From Balanoglossus misakiensis (taxonomy: Eukaryota > Animalia > Hemichordata), in contig CM082588.2 of the NCBI GenBank assembly GCA_040954595.2, positions 918,613 through 982,612 of the forward strand: DNA of 64,000 nucleotides, read 5' to 3'. Position 1 is the first letter of the stretch. The number at the start of each line of letters is the position of its first letter. The notes beneath the pieces are model-generated. The model was given only the letters and a program-made list of their open reading frames with translations, searched no databases and was not told the origin of the DNA. Positions 14,501 to 56,815 of the stretch are shown piece by piece. A program made the translations under genes and the position numbers.

Positions 14501-17500
14501 AATGCAAGACAAAAACATACACCAGATTATGTTATTGTCCTGGTAGTCATTATTGCCGAGTTCAATTATATTTTGTTTCATTTCCATGTTTATCAAAAAG
14601 AATCTCTTACCTTGAGAACTAAACTCTGCTACAATATCATCAGCAGCTTCATTCTATAATAAACAACATATTTTTAGTTGATAACACAAGTCTGTCACTG
14701 ATAACTATAAAGAACAAGAAAAGATCATAAAAGTGGTCGTTTACAACTAAGAAAATGTTACAGTATACACCTTCATGCCAAACCAAGCACCCTGAGACAA
14801 TAGCATGTGTATATGATACTGTATCACCTGGAACACCAGGGTTGAACATCAAACCCATCTATTTACAGGGAAATATCTACATTTATATGCAGGCATTGTA
14901 GAGATAATGTGATATCAAAAGGCACATATTAACACAATCACATGACAATCACATGACACAGCACCAAACCCACATGGTGATCACCTGATGATCTATCTTA
15001 CCCTGGATTTTTGTCTGTCTCTAAGATGAAGACTGATGGAACTCAGCATTTGAGTTATTGTGGCTTTTACAGCAGTATGTGTACTAACTTGATGACTGGC
15101 TTTGAATGTAGCTATGCAGATCTGTAAGAATTAAACTTTACACATCAGAAAAAAGAGGTCCATGCATTAACATGCTCATCCTATCCCAGCACCAAATGTA
15201 TTAACACTGTCGAGCCAGTTCTTTAACAATACAAATCCATCCACATTCAAAGGTTCACTTCATATATGAGAATGTGTCTTAACCCTTTCACCACCATGGT
15301 TCAGTCCAAACCCATTGTTTTCTATGGTTAGGTTGGACCTCTATAAAGGGAACTGGGGTGAAAGGGTTAAGAATGCTTCCAAAATTATCCCTGTCTTATA
15401 ATATGCGATGTGAATACATCTGAATATGGATCAGATTTGGCTTGTTACCCCATTCCCTTCCTGCCCAATTACCTTGCTCGACTCAACTGAAGCATGATTG
15501 GAAATGTGCTTAGTTAGGTCTGAGGTATATTTTTTACAGAATGTTGTAAGTGCTCCAATTAAAGTAGTCTTGACCTTATTCTTCACATGTACCTTAGAGT
15601 TGCTAAACACTTCCACACAAAACTGAAAAGAAACATTTTGAGTCAACAAAATCACGTTGAGTAAACATGCCGTCAATATCACTAAAATGAATACAAAAAT
15701 ATAACAGAAAATACCATATTGAATTGCAAATGTTATTGTTTCATCCTGTTGTATGATTTTCTTACCTCTGATACTCGCAAAGCAGCACTGGAGTTGATGA
15801 CGTAGTTTTCTGAACATGTCAGGGTCAATAAAAACTGTAGAAAATGATGGAAAGATATGAGTGAGATATATTGGAAGAGTTATTAAATGCACCCAGACTA
15901 GGAATGTATTTTACATCAAAATTACCTTCATGATTTCAACTTGTTGGTCATCGGGTAAAGATGGTGTGATTGACAAAGTCTTCAAGACTTGCATCAGCAT
16001 TTGGTTTTCTTCTTTTTCTTCATTGGAATTTGACTTGAATCTCTTGTCAACAATTAATTTCTGCAAATCAAAAATCACTGATTATTTCGACATTTCCATG
16101 AAAATGTCATCAATGTGTAAATTTGTATAACGAACAAAAATGTCATATGCATACAAAATTCTAATGTCAGTGAATGGTAAATATTTGGACATGGTAGATA
16201 TGGAATTTATTTGCATAGAAAATTTTCACTCAATATAAATGGAACAGTATGTGTGTATAAAAATAAAAAGCAGAGATTTAAAAAAAAAAGCTCTGTATAG
16301 GTGTAACCTTGTCATGCATGTTGGTATAAAAACGAGCAAGCAAACAATGCATTGGATTCATGAAATCTTATTGTTTGTACAGCTGTGAGGCAATTTATGT
16401 GGTGATTTGTTCGGTAGAATTCAATGCAGTATTATTCCAGAATACTTTTATTTATTCTATTTAGTTTTATACCAGCACATATAAATGTACAGGTATAGAT
16501 TCTACATGTATACTGGTCAATTTTCCAAGTTTTTAATACAATAAGCATCATGAGATATGGATACTGAAACACTGTAATGGAATGAACAGATATGCTATTC
16601 CAATTAGGCATATATTAAAAGCTAGTGGTAATGGTGGATACTCATCCAAACCATCAAATACAATTGCCCTGGGACTTTACCTGCAGTCCACCAAGTGCAA
16701 AAGTGGCCAATTTGTTGTTTTTGGCTTCAAAGGCAAGTCTGAGAGGTTCCAGACATATTTCCCGCAGTTGAAATACTGGGGATGTCTTTGCGAGACTCTG
16801 TCCATCAAGGGTATCTGCAAAAAAAATTTACATATTCGTTTATCATATCAGGTACATCAGAAAATATTCAGCTCCTGTTTCCAGTATCTCAAATTTCTAT
16901 CAAAAATACACGATTAATTTTCAACCTTAAATATAACATAACATTTCATTCAGACCTGTCCATAGCGGCCAGTCAAAGGACTTTACTGAGCAGATGGTCA
17001 GTAATGAAACGGCCACTATAGACAAGAAACAGAAAATTCTGTATTACTATAATCAAGATTGGTGAATCGAATCAAGGGTACCATATTACAGCCAGCAATG
17101 TTTGTCATATGGTCACATCATATTGCTGCACAATATGCGGTATAATCCCCAAACGACTCCCACAATTTTGCCTAAGAACATAAATTTACCATCCGGACAA
17201 CGTGACTACGGCATTAGCTGCAATAATTGACAATTTTCTTTATCACGTCAGTTCTTTACCATCTAATACTTGGTCTGCCAAGTGATATCAGATGCAATTT
17301 AAGTTTCTATTCACTGTATTTTCCTGTATTTTTATAAATATATGTACCCTCACCATATTTCTTTTCTTTCAGAAAGTGACCTGAAACTTGAAAGCACCTG
17401 GATTAAAGTACCTAGTAAGTGCCCTGTTTTTATTTTCACTCTCAATTATAACTACATATATTCTGAATAAGTTATATTTTTTTTTATATATAGTTAAGCG

Positions 17501-18074
17501 TATATATAAACAAATACAGAAATTTGTCAGAAAGCAGCAATAATGTTATAATCATGAAAAGCATGAAATAGGCTTAGCAGGGATTAAATTATTTAATAGT
17601 TAACTGTTCAACTCCATACATTCATCTATTAGGCAGTCAGATGAAGACAATAAACATATGATTCTAATATATTGATACATACTGTATATAAATTTAGATC
17701 TTAAACAGGTTTTATATCTTAAACTGGATTAACAGATTATATTTAGAGGATTGAATTAGCAGTAAGGTCGTATTATGGAGTGAAACTGTTAAGTGACGAT
17801 GACAATACACTGTTATCTCAAATATCGATCACTTTGGTGATGGTATTGTCAATTTCACCTAGCCGGCATCTTACTCATTAACACATTTCACACCTTTTTT
17901 AACAAATGTATATGAACATTTGATAGATGTGTTAATGTCAAACACTACATTTCCAGGCCTCTGTCGATTTGATCATCTTTCTCACTTACCACAAGCTCTT
18001 GTACACGCTTCCCGTAGATTTTTATATCGACTTCCACTGGCATCTTTCGCCAGCTGGGTGAAAACATCTTCCAT
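4020..18074 (-). CDS. ARFGEF3: Brefeldin A-inhibited guanine nucleotide-exchange protein 3 (BIG3), multi-exon gene, ~2256 aa
   Basis: Starts MEDVFTQLAKDASGSRYKNLREAC (BIG3-type N-terminus); later motifs QQLCPTLISILGNP, SDHGRGSGCSATAP, SGWRPLFGALRAV, ESISRLGCSCIR, FDTRPGLKFLLQKVA. Phase-consistent GT-AG exons: 17990-18074, 16681-16814, 15926-16060, 15766-15834, 15002-15121, 14611-14653, 14409-14496, 13095-13211, 12645-12966, 12375-12487, 12060-12253, 11220-11957, 10324-10520, 10058-10223, 9809-9925, 9449-9664, 9068-9305, 8637-8948, 8185-8482, 7801-7980, 7402-7654, 6752-7237, 6349-6634, 5980-6208, 5688-5815, 4020-5526 (sum 6771 nt). Confidence 0.93.
10653..10745. repeat. ~20-bp imperfect minisatellite (ATAACACC core) in BIG3 intron
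   Basis: ATAACACC recurs about every 20 nt four times, with scattered copies to ~10900. Confidence 0.65.
11220..11957 (-). CDS. ARFGEF3: BIG3 large internal exon (acidic/charged low-complexity linker leading into the Sec7-like region)
   Basis: 738-nt phase 1-1 exon, tag acceptor and gtgag donor; ends ARDFIAQLINLLPSL...VDEAILKFAARFCS. Confidence 0.88.
14055..14126 (-). CDS. ARFGEF3: Candidate 72-nt in-frame BIG3 cassette exon
   Basis: Acceptor tttctgtcctacag, donor aag|gtatat; phase 2-2 like the surrounding intron; encodes (S)DIDKFEEIFCRLPSDSLIRTVSE(R). Confidence 0.4.
15279..15370. mobile_element. piggyBac-like MITE, copy 2 (BIG3 intron between exons 5a and 5b)
   Basis: TTAACCCTTTCACCACCATGG...CTGGGGTGAAAGGGTTAA. 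Confidence 0.8.
15473..15622 (-). CDS. ARFGEF3: Candidate alternative (duplicated) BIG3 exon 5a
   Basis: 150-nt phase 0-0 open exon FCVEVFSNSKVHVKNKVKTTLIGALTTFCKKY...SSK; acceptor tttcttttcag, donor aag|gtaatt; pattern resembles exon 15002-15121. Confidence 0.55.
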
Positions 18075-18930
18075 TTTACACCTCCGGTTTTCCCTTCTTC
18101 ACTTACACATGACTTCTCTGAGCGATATATGACTGAAACCTTACAGTGGCTCTACCTGCCGCGCGGTAATAGCTTTGCTTACGTGGACAGATGTGTTTTA
18201 TTCGTATCATTCAGACACAGGTAGCGTTCTGTCTACAAAGCCAAACCGGATGTTACGTCTGTTATGACGAATAGCTTTGCGTGGATCTATTTCTGTGATC
18301 AACAAATATGCTAACAAGTAACATATATTATAAGAAAAGCAAGGGAATCATCATTCGTAGGTTGATCTGTTTATTATGATGTTCACCACTCAAAGACAAT
18401 GACATTACTGTATGTAATAACACAACAGAAGTGTAATCGCACAACGGTTAAGGACAGTTTTGAGAGCGAAAATATAAGACCATGATCACGATGGAGTTGT
18501 ACTCGATTGCACACTCAGGTCACGGTGTGACCTCAGGTTCAGAGGTTATACTTCATGTTGAACTTCACTTCAGCAATCTACAAGTAGTCCACGGAAGATC
18601 GTGACTTCTTACAGGATTCGATTTTATTTGCCAACTTATCGTTATCCTCTGTCATATCGCATGATCACGACGCGGAAAAAAAATTACCGGCATGATCCCT
18701 TTGGTGTAAGCACTACATTCAGATTGAGATATTCATAACAGAAACGCAATGCATTGTGTGAAAACATTACAAATTCACTCCGAATTTGAACCCAAAGCTG
18801 GCTGAATCTGCACTGTCAACTGCAATCGAACACCTGAACTCGTACGTGGATACCACTGTTCACCAGCGCAGAATTAAAAGAAAAAACACGTCAAGATATC
18901 ATCTGGGCGATTGATCATCTCCTGAGCGAA
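18075..18930. promoter_or_regulatory. Divergent BIG3/ATE1 promoter region and 5' UTRs
   Basis: Opposite-strand ATGs at 18074 and 18931; local CpG enrichment; ETS-like CCGGATGT near 18246. Confidence 0.6.
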
Positions 18931-22165
<3,235 letters not shown>

Positions 22166-22434
22166 TTACATGTACATACATGTATAAAGATTCATATGTA
22201 TAACAGGGTCAGATAGCCTGCAGTGCATCTGCGGTGAATTTTAATATTGTTTTGCATATCTTTACAATACTCCGGTCAGGTCAGGACCGCTATAAATTTG
22301 GCACCGAGACTTGTTAAAAATGAAATATTTATACCAGTATGTAACAATTCAACTTCAGCAAACTTCAACTTCAAACAAGATGAAAATGTCAGTAACATTG
22401 ACATCTCGTTTCCAGTATGTTATTTCAGAAAGCT

Positions 22435-22440
22435 AATAAA
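22435..22440 (+). terminator. Candidate ATE1 polyadenylation signal (further AATAAA copies near 22507 and 22675)
   Basis: AATAAA ~270 nt after the stop. Confidence 0.4.
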
Positions 22441-23000
22441 TTAAAATTCAAGAGTTAACATATAATTGGCAGTTATGATTTGTTTTTATTTATGTTGAAT
22501 GAATTAAATAAAAGTAACATGTTTGAATTATATATTATTCATTTTAAATATCTGAGTCTACAACTTTTTTATCTGCTATCAATGTCATGCACACATCACC
22601 AATTTACACAAAACCTTTCACAAGCAAGTGGTTGTAATGTTTTAGAAGCATATAAAGTTGTACTAACTTGCTAAAATAAACATGACTATAGTGAAAATGG
22701 ACGCTTTCATTGATGTGATGTTTGTGTACCCGAAAAATTATACATGGACCCACCACCACCAACAGAAAATGCATTTTTGACGTGTTTACTTTGTCTGGTA
22801 CAATAAAGATGAACAAATAGTGTACTTGAATTGTCTGGAACAGTATTGAACGTTTGGCATAAGTGTGACTATAGAGGGCACTTGACTGTGGTAGCAGAAA
22901 GTGCAAAGCGCCCTCTTGTGTTTAAACCTTTTGCTAACAACTTTAGGAACAATTCATACACATGCACAGACAAAACTTGGATGTACATTTACAAATATAT

Positions 23001-23006
23001 TTTATT
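23001..23006 (-). terminator. Candidate RUNX polyadenylation signal ending a ~3-kb 3' UTR
   Basis: TTTATT on plus strand; AT-rich non-coding tract runs from the RUNX stop (26054) down to here. Confidence 0.4.
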
Positions 23007-26000
23007 GCAAAAAAAAGACAAGACTTGACAGAAGCTTCAAAATAAACTGTAGCCGACTCTTCTAAACAAGTAAAGCATCACCCATAACATATGATATATA
23101 TTACAACCTTGTAGATCAACATATATGGAACTTGAGCAGTAATTGAGTTGGATGTTTCAATGAACTTGTTAACATTAACACTGAATATAAATAAACATAA
23201 TAAAATTGTAAAAATGCTACAACAGCCGCGATAATAAAATACTACCTCTACAACTTTTGCATTGGTTGGTGCAGGAAAAAAAATATTGCCTCAAAATAAA
23301 ACAATTAAAAAAAAGTTAAAATATAGCTCAAAAATGCTGATAATAAAGTAATTGCTACACAGTTGCATGATGGGTATGTATTTGCTTTGAACCAAACAGT
23401 ATGATTGAGTCTGACTAAACACCAAGATTTCATCAACTAGAACTCCATACATATCAAATTCTACATCTATTTCAAGAGATATGTGTGATTTGAGCACAGG
23501 TTACCATGACAATGAGACTGTCACACCAAAACCAATCACAATCCACTGTATTGCTTAGAGCCGATCACTTATACACACAGCGTATATCCTGCTTAATATT
23601 CTGCAGTACTTTCCAAATACAAATTATCACTCATTTTATAAATACATATACATACTCACTTGAACACTAAAAACACACTTTCTTGACAAATGTTTCACCA
23701 AAAGTTATAAAAATATGTTGAGAAAAATAGCCATTTCTTCTTAGGCGGTCCAGTATCAAATAACTCCCATGTATTCTCTGGCCTATACTCTGATTATCAA
23801 AAGATTTTTTGGCAACATTTTCCATTTTGGCAAAAAAATACAGTTTATAGGTTTAAAATTTTGTAAGTGAATAAAATCTTTCATGCAAAGAAAAGAATAA
23901 CATTTTCAGCGCAGTTACTTGACGGTAACTTTAGCCATGGTTTGTGAAGTCCTGAAAGAATACTAATCAGCCAATCAGTACTGACTTTATTATCATAGAA
24001 ATGCAACATTGTATCACACTGGCCAATCAGTGGACTTCACTATCATGAACTTGCAACATCTTTACATTGCAAGTGTACTCTGTCAGCTATGATCACTGTT
24101 GCTTGTTTCTTTGTCGCCTGAATGTTTTTGCAACAATGTATCTGTCAGTCATGTACTTTGCTTTAACTCTAGTACAGATCATCAGCATTTCTTGAGAAAA
24201 TCTTAAAGAATTTCTGGCTGCAAAACTGACCCAACATGACAAAAATCTGGCACCGGGCATCAAGACAAGTCTGTCAAATGACCAGATTTAAAAAGAGCCT
24301 GGCGCCAAAAAATGAATGCAACGATTTCAAAAACTTACATCAGTATGAAAGGCAGACGGTCACAAAGCCAAGTATCTGCACTGAAATATTATTAATCGCG
24401 ACTGTAAAAATACAACTAACATCAAATGTTTTTGATGTAAAACTGTGCAGATGACATATGCAATACTTGACGACTAAGTACTTTGTCATGGAGAGTACAA
24501 TCATGTCAATCAAACACGTTTACATGACATCTACGGGTAACACTTCTAATTAGACACAGTCTAAATCCACTTTAGACACAAGTAAGTGTCCAAGAACTCT
24601 CCTTACCACAGTCAACACTCTTTAAAATGTCAAAGATCAAAAAATACAGACTTTCCATAAGTACTCAAAAATTCTCCCTCCACTTATGTTTCTAGTTTCA
24701 CCTTGTGAAAAGACGTTATTAGAAAAATGGTCTATTTATTGGGCTCTCCTGTTTGTCTTTTATTCTAAAATATCTCATATAGTTTCTGTGTAAAGAAGCT
24801 CAGCTGGGGAAAGTCATTGTTTGATACGAAGTTTGAAAGTACAAGAAATAAAATAATTTTTTTTACATAGAAATATAACAATTTCAAAAGCTCTTCAGAT
24901 AACACTAAAAAACATCTAACATACAGCAATCACAGTGGTGGAATGTTTAACAAACAGACAAACAACAATTCACACAAACGTTTGATCAACAAGACAGAAA
25001 AAGATTTCAGTAAAGTAAAAGGCCACTCCAATACAAAGGGTATTCTTACTATTATTTAGGAAGTAGTATAGTTCTACTGTCTATGGTAAAATGGAAAAAT
25101 AATTATATCCACTCTTGGTGGTCGCAGTTGATGACTGTAGAAATTAAGGTCCCATGAAGACTTATTTGGTATTCTACCAACACAAATGTAGTTGAAGAAT
25201 TTTAGCACAGTTTATAACGAACTTCTCTAAAATTGTTCCCATTTTTACTGTACATGTACGACGGGAGTTGGTGATTAAAAAAGTTAACATCACATAGCAA
25301 AGTGACCAACTGGAAAAACGTACTCTGTTTAGTTCGTATGACCCTTGATCCAAGATCCCCACTCCTACTCAAACTGTATCCCATTCATATTTTCTCTTCA
25401 ATGGATCAACTCTAAAGCCATAACCAAGGCAAGTTTTATTGTCTCCGTTCAATGTACTAATCCTGATTGAACTTTATTATTTTTCTACTTCCACCAGAGT
25501 CTGGTTTCATGAATTCCCCTGATTTGGATAAATTAGGTATGTAGAGAAAAATAATATCTCATTTGTTTACAAACGTGTCTTTGTATGTATGTATGCGTGT
25601 GTATGTTTGTGTATGTAGATGTGTGTTTATGTGTGTACATGGTTTAATTACCACCACTTATTGAAATTGATTTAAACACCTTATATAAAAATTGATAATT
25701 GCACTAGTTGAAGTGATTTAAGTTAAAAAAAGACATAAAAAACATTTTGTTGAAAGTGACAGAAAATCCCTCCATGTAAAAATAAAACTTGTCTGACAAC
25801 CTATAGTACTCTGATGACTTTACTGATACTGTGTTTGTTGAACACAACCATATTTTTGTCACATGATGCCGATTTCTAAATTTACACTCTGCAGATCAAA
25901 GATAGCAAACAAGTGTTAACTACCCCTAACTAGCAGTTACCATCAAAAAGAGCTAAACTACCAACAAATGTATCCACCCTTGTCATTTAATAATTTTGGA

Positions 26001-26053
26001 CACATTATGCAGATGTTTAACAAAATAAAGAAGACCATCTGTGCAGTTTCTTT

Positions 26054-53429
<27,376 letters not shown>

Positions 53430-54338
53430 ATGACCAAACCGAAAGCAAAATCGAAGAAAGTCGAGAAGCCAAAGGAACAGAGTGGTGGTAGTAACCCCCT
53501 TGAGCAAAAGGTAATTAAAATAATGCCAGACTTCAGTTCTAGAACTTCATCTCTGCGATGCAGTCGAAGATGACGGGTGCCTGGCTTGTGTGTATCTATG
53601 CACTTTATGATTGCACGTACACACCAACGCATTGCGTAGGTGTTAGCTCTCTGTCCACACCGCAGATGTCATTTTAAACACCAATTTAACAAGTTTCAAT
53701 CGACGTGCGGCGATTTTGTGTCCAAAACCACAATCGTTCCAGTGGTTAACAAATACGAATTGACACTTGTCAGCTACTTCAAGAAGTGTGTCAGTCTGAC
53801 TTAAGTGTTTATTTCTAATGTGTGCCTGTGAAATCGACAACGGACACCGGAAGTTCAAGTTTACTAAGCTCAAACTGGTCTTGACTGGACTAAACTCAAA
53901 AGAGTCCACAGTTATATCGAATTACAATTTTATAATCAAGTTTGAGAATACCAGTTTGGTATAGTTACTGCATTTATATCATTTATCTCAGATCCCACAT
54001 TTAGTCTTTAATTTAATTGTTTAATCTTGTTATACATATTTTACAATAGTTTACATATCTTGACATGTATCAAGGAACTGTGCATGTAGCATATCTAGTA
54101 CCCACGTACATGCAAATTGATACTCCATGTGTACTTATACAGATCATGTATGTATAGTGTGGTATAGACAGGTTAATAACCCAGATTAACTGAAATTTAT
54201 TCCGTCCAAATCCCTTGTAAATTTCTGTCTGCAGAACTTGAGCACAAATGCAGTAAGCCCTGCCAGCAGTATACAGTCGACCTCTGCCAGCAAACCAGCT
54301 CCCAAAGCTTGGTTTACCACAGATATACAGCATATGAT
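53430..54338 (+). CDS. SUPT3H: Transcription initiation protein SPT3 homolog, coding exons 1-2 (53430-53510, 54235-54338); gene continues beyond a long intron
   Basis: MTKPKAKSKKVEKPKEQSGGSNPLEQK|NLSTNAVSPASSIQSTSASKPAPKAWFTTDIQHMM; donors aag|gtaatt and atgat|gtgagt, acceptor ttctgtctgcag. FTTDIQHMM matches the Spt3 F..E(I/L)Q.MM motif with a phase-2 intron inside the second Met; divergent position next to RUNX is the known linkage. Confidence 0.78.
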
Positions 54339-55647
54339 GTGAGTATATACCCAAAGAGTCTGTTGAACCGGTTGCCAGGACCGATCAATTACTTTGATTG
54401 ACAGCTCTGAATGACCATAACACTCCGGATATGATGCCAATATCTTAATACCTTCTGATAAATACACCCTTTGGAAACTTGCCAACTGTCTGTGGGGTCA
54501 TTTAACTATTTTAAGTTTTTAACTCATTAATAATTATGTTCTTATGTTCACAGTTCAAGAAATATTAAGCAGCCAATATAATTTGTATTACAAATGAAAT
54601 TTAATACTTTTTACTAACATGGTGCACTATTAATAGTACTGAGTCACCCTTGGATGTGTTCCATATAAAGCTGACTTCATACTGACCCAGAAGTCATTCA
54701 CTTCACTTAGTGTAAAAATATCCATATGTTTTTACACTGCGATAAAGTGAATTAAACAATGTACATACATGTGTATAATGAGTGGTCAAGTTAAATATGT
54801 TAAGTTGAGTCCAGGGGAAAAGAGTAGGTTTGGGGTGAATGACCTGGCTTGGACATAGCTGCCCAATGAATGTGTGACTGATTCATTCATAACTCTCACA
54901 CCAGTCATTGTAGCCAGACATCCCTGTTAGGTTACAACCATTCATTTATGTATGAGGCTATTGATTTTCAGATCAGTCATTCTATACAGACACAGATCAT
55001 GATGAAATGGGAAACTTCAAAAGATTTTCTTTTTATGAATGAACTTGGAAACAATGTTGGCACAGTGCCAAGTTTAGGCTTGGTAACTGAGTGGAGGAAT
55101 GTGGGTAGTTGCTTTCAGTTTACAGTTCATCTGCTAGAACGTTAGGACTGACTATAGAGCACAATACTTAAAGAATTGTTTGGCTTGTCAGATTTAAAAC
55201 ATCAGACGACCAGATACACCTGTCTGACATGGAAACACTACAGAGTGTTAGCTATGTGGAAGCAATTCTTACACAAATGTCCGTGAGATCAATTGTATCC
55301 ACAGTCACAAGGAGATGAGTCACTTCCCTGGCCAGTGTGAAAATGAAAATGGCCTCTGTCCCATTAACAATAACAGCTCATTTAACGTATTAAAAGGAGT
55401 GATTTAATAACATATCTAACAAAGTTATCTGTCTGGTAACTTCCTATATACAACCAAACATTGTGGTTACCAAGGGAAACAGGAAACATATGATATGTAA
55501 TTGTTGTAATTGATAATCTTGACGTAAATTTAAATTTCAATTAACCCAGCGTTGCTTTGCTAACTTGATCAGATTGATTGAAAGCAGTTTGATAAAAATC
55601 TGGAATGTACACTAGAGCCCTTGAAGTTCTTGGATCACTTATACTCT

Positions 55648-55870
55648 TATTTTTATTTTATTTTTATTTTATTTTATTTTATTCTATCCGTCGTCCACCG
55701 GGAAAGATCTTAACTACAGAATAAGTTATCCACCACTCCTGGGGAAGGGAGAAGCAATGAGAAGTGCCTTGCTCAAGGGCACAACATCGCCACCATGTCT
55801 GGTCTGGGTCTCCAAGCCACAATCCTCTGACAGTCAGCCTGTTATATTCGCCACTTGACCACGATGCCCT
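55648..55870 (-). mobile_element. tRNA-derived SINE with conserved central domain and (AAAAT)n tail
   Basis: Minus strand: A-box-like GTGGTCAAGTGG head, GTTGTGCCCTTGAGCAAGGCACTT core (CORE/Nin/Meta-like), (AAAAT)n tail. Confidence 0.7.
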
Positions 55871-56726
55871 TAAACCCAAAGATAATATTGCTTGCTAGAA
55901 AATCTCAATTTATATGAAAAATACTGAATAACTCTCCCAGAAAATATTGGCTGCAATTTTGACCATAATAACACTGTCATACTGGAGACAGATATATTCT
56001 TGATTTTCTTTAAAGTGAGATGATGTACACCCTGTTTGTATTTTCTTTTGCCAAAGTATTCCACACAAGCATTAATAAAATACAACAGAATTGAGAGGAC
56101 CTGGCTGTAGTATGATTCATTTTTACATTTATCAATGAGATACATCATAGATGAATACATGAATTACTGTTACAAATTCATGAGACTTTGTAAGTATGAT
56201 TATCAGAGGTTATCACCAGAAACCAGTATTCTCAGAAATTGCTTGTTCAATTGCTTTGATAATTGTCCAAAGGGCTTTCTCTGCATGATAGCTTAAAATT
56301 TTGACAAAAACAGTGATATCACATACTGGGGCAATTCTGTGCTCCACTTTCAAGCAACACAGAGCTTATAGGGCTGATTGTCTTTCATCATTTATCATTC
56401 ATCTTTCTGTACTCTATCATCTAAGAAGAAACCTCTGTTCGTGTTCAGTGTACAAGTCCCAAGGGTTGGTCTAAGTCAGATTTGTTGAAATCATAATACA
56501 AAATGTATCTGCCGTATTGTATTTTTGGGCTGCTTTGTCACTTGATTAAAACTTTTCTCAGAAACTGCTTTGCTGATAAAATAATCTCTATAATAACTTC
56601 CTCAAGCTCTTTTAAATTTAATTATTGGGTCTCTAGGTTTACTCAAGTTGTGTTTTTGGATATTTTTGTGATGTTGATTTTCTTTTCTAAAAAGTTTCCT
56701 AAGGGGTTAACTTGTATCACTAGGGT

Positions 56727-56815
56727 TTAACCCTTTCACCACCATGGTTCAGTCCAATCCCAATGTTTCCTATGGTAAAGTTGGACCTGTATAGATGGAA
56801 CTGGGGGTGAAAGGG
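56727..56815. mobile_element. piggyBac-like MITE, copy 3
   Basis: TTAACCCTTTCACCACCATGGTTCAGTCCAA...CTGGGGGTGAAAGGG; right-hand TTAA absent. Confidence 0.75.
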
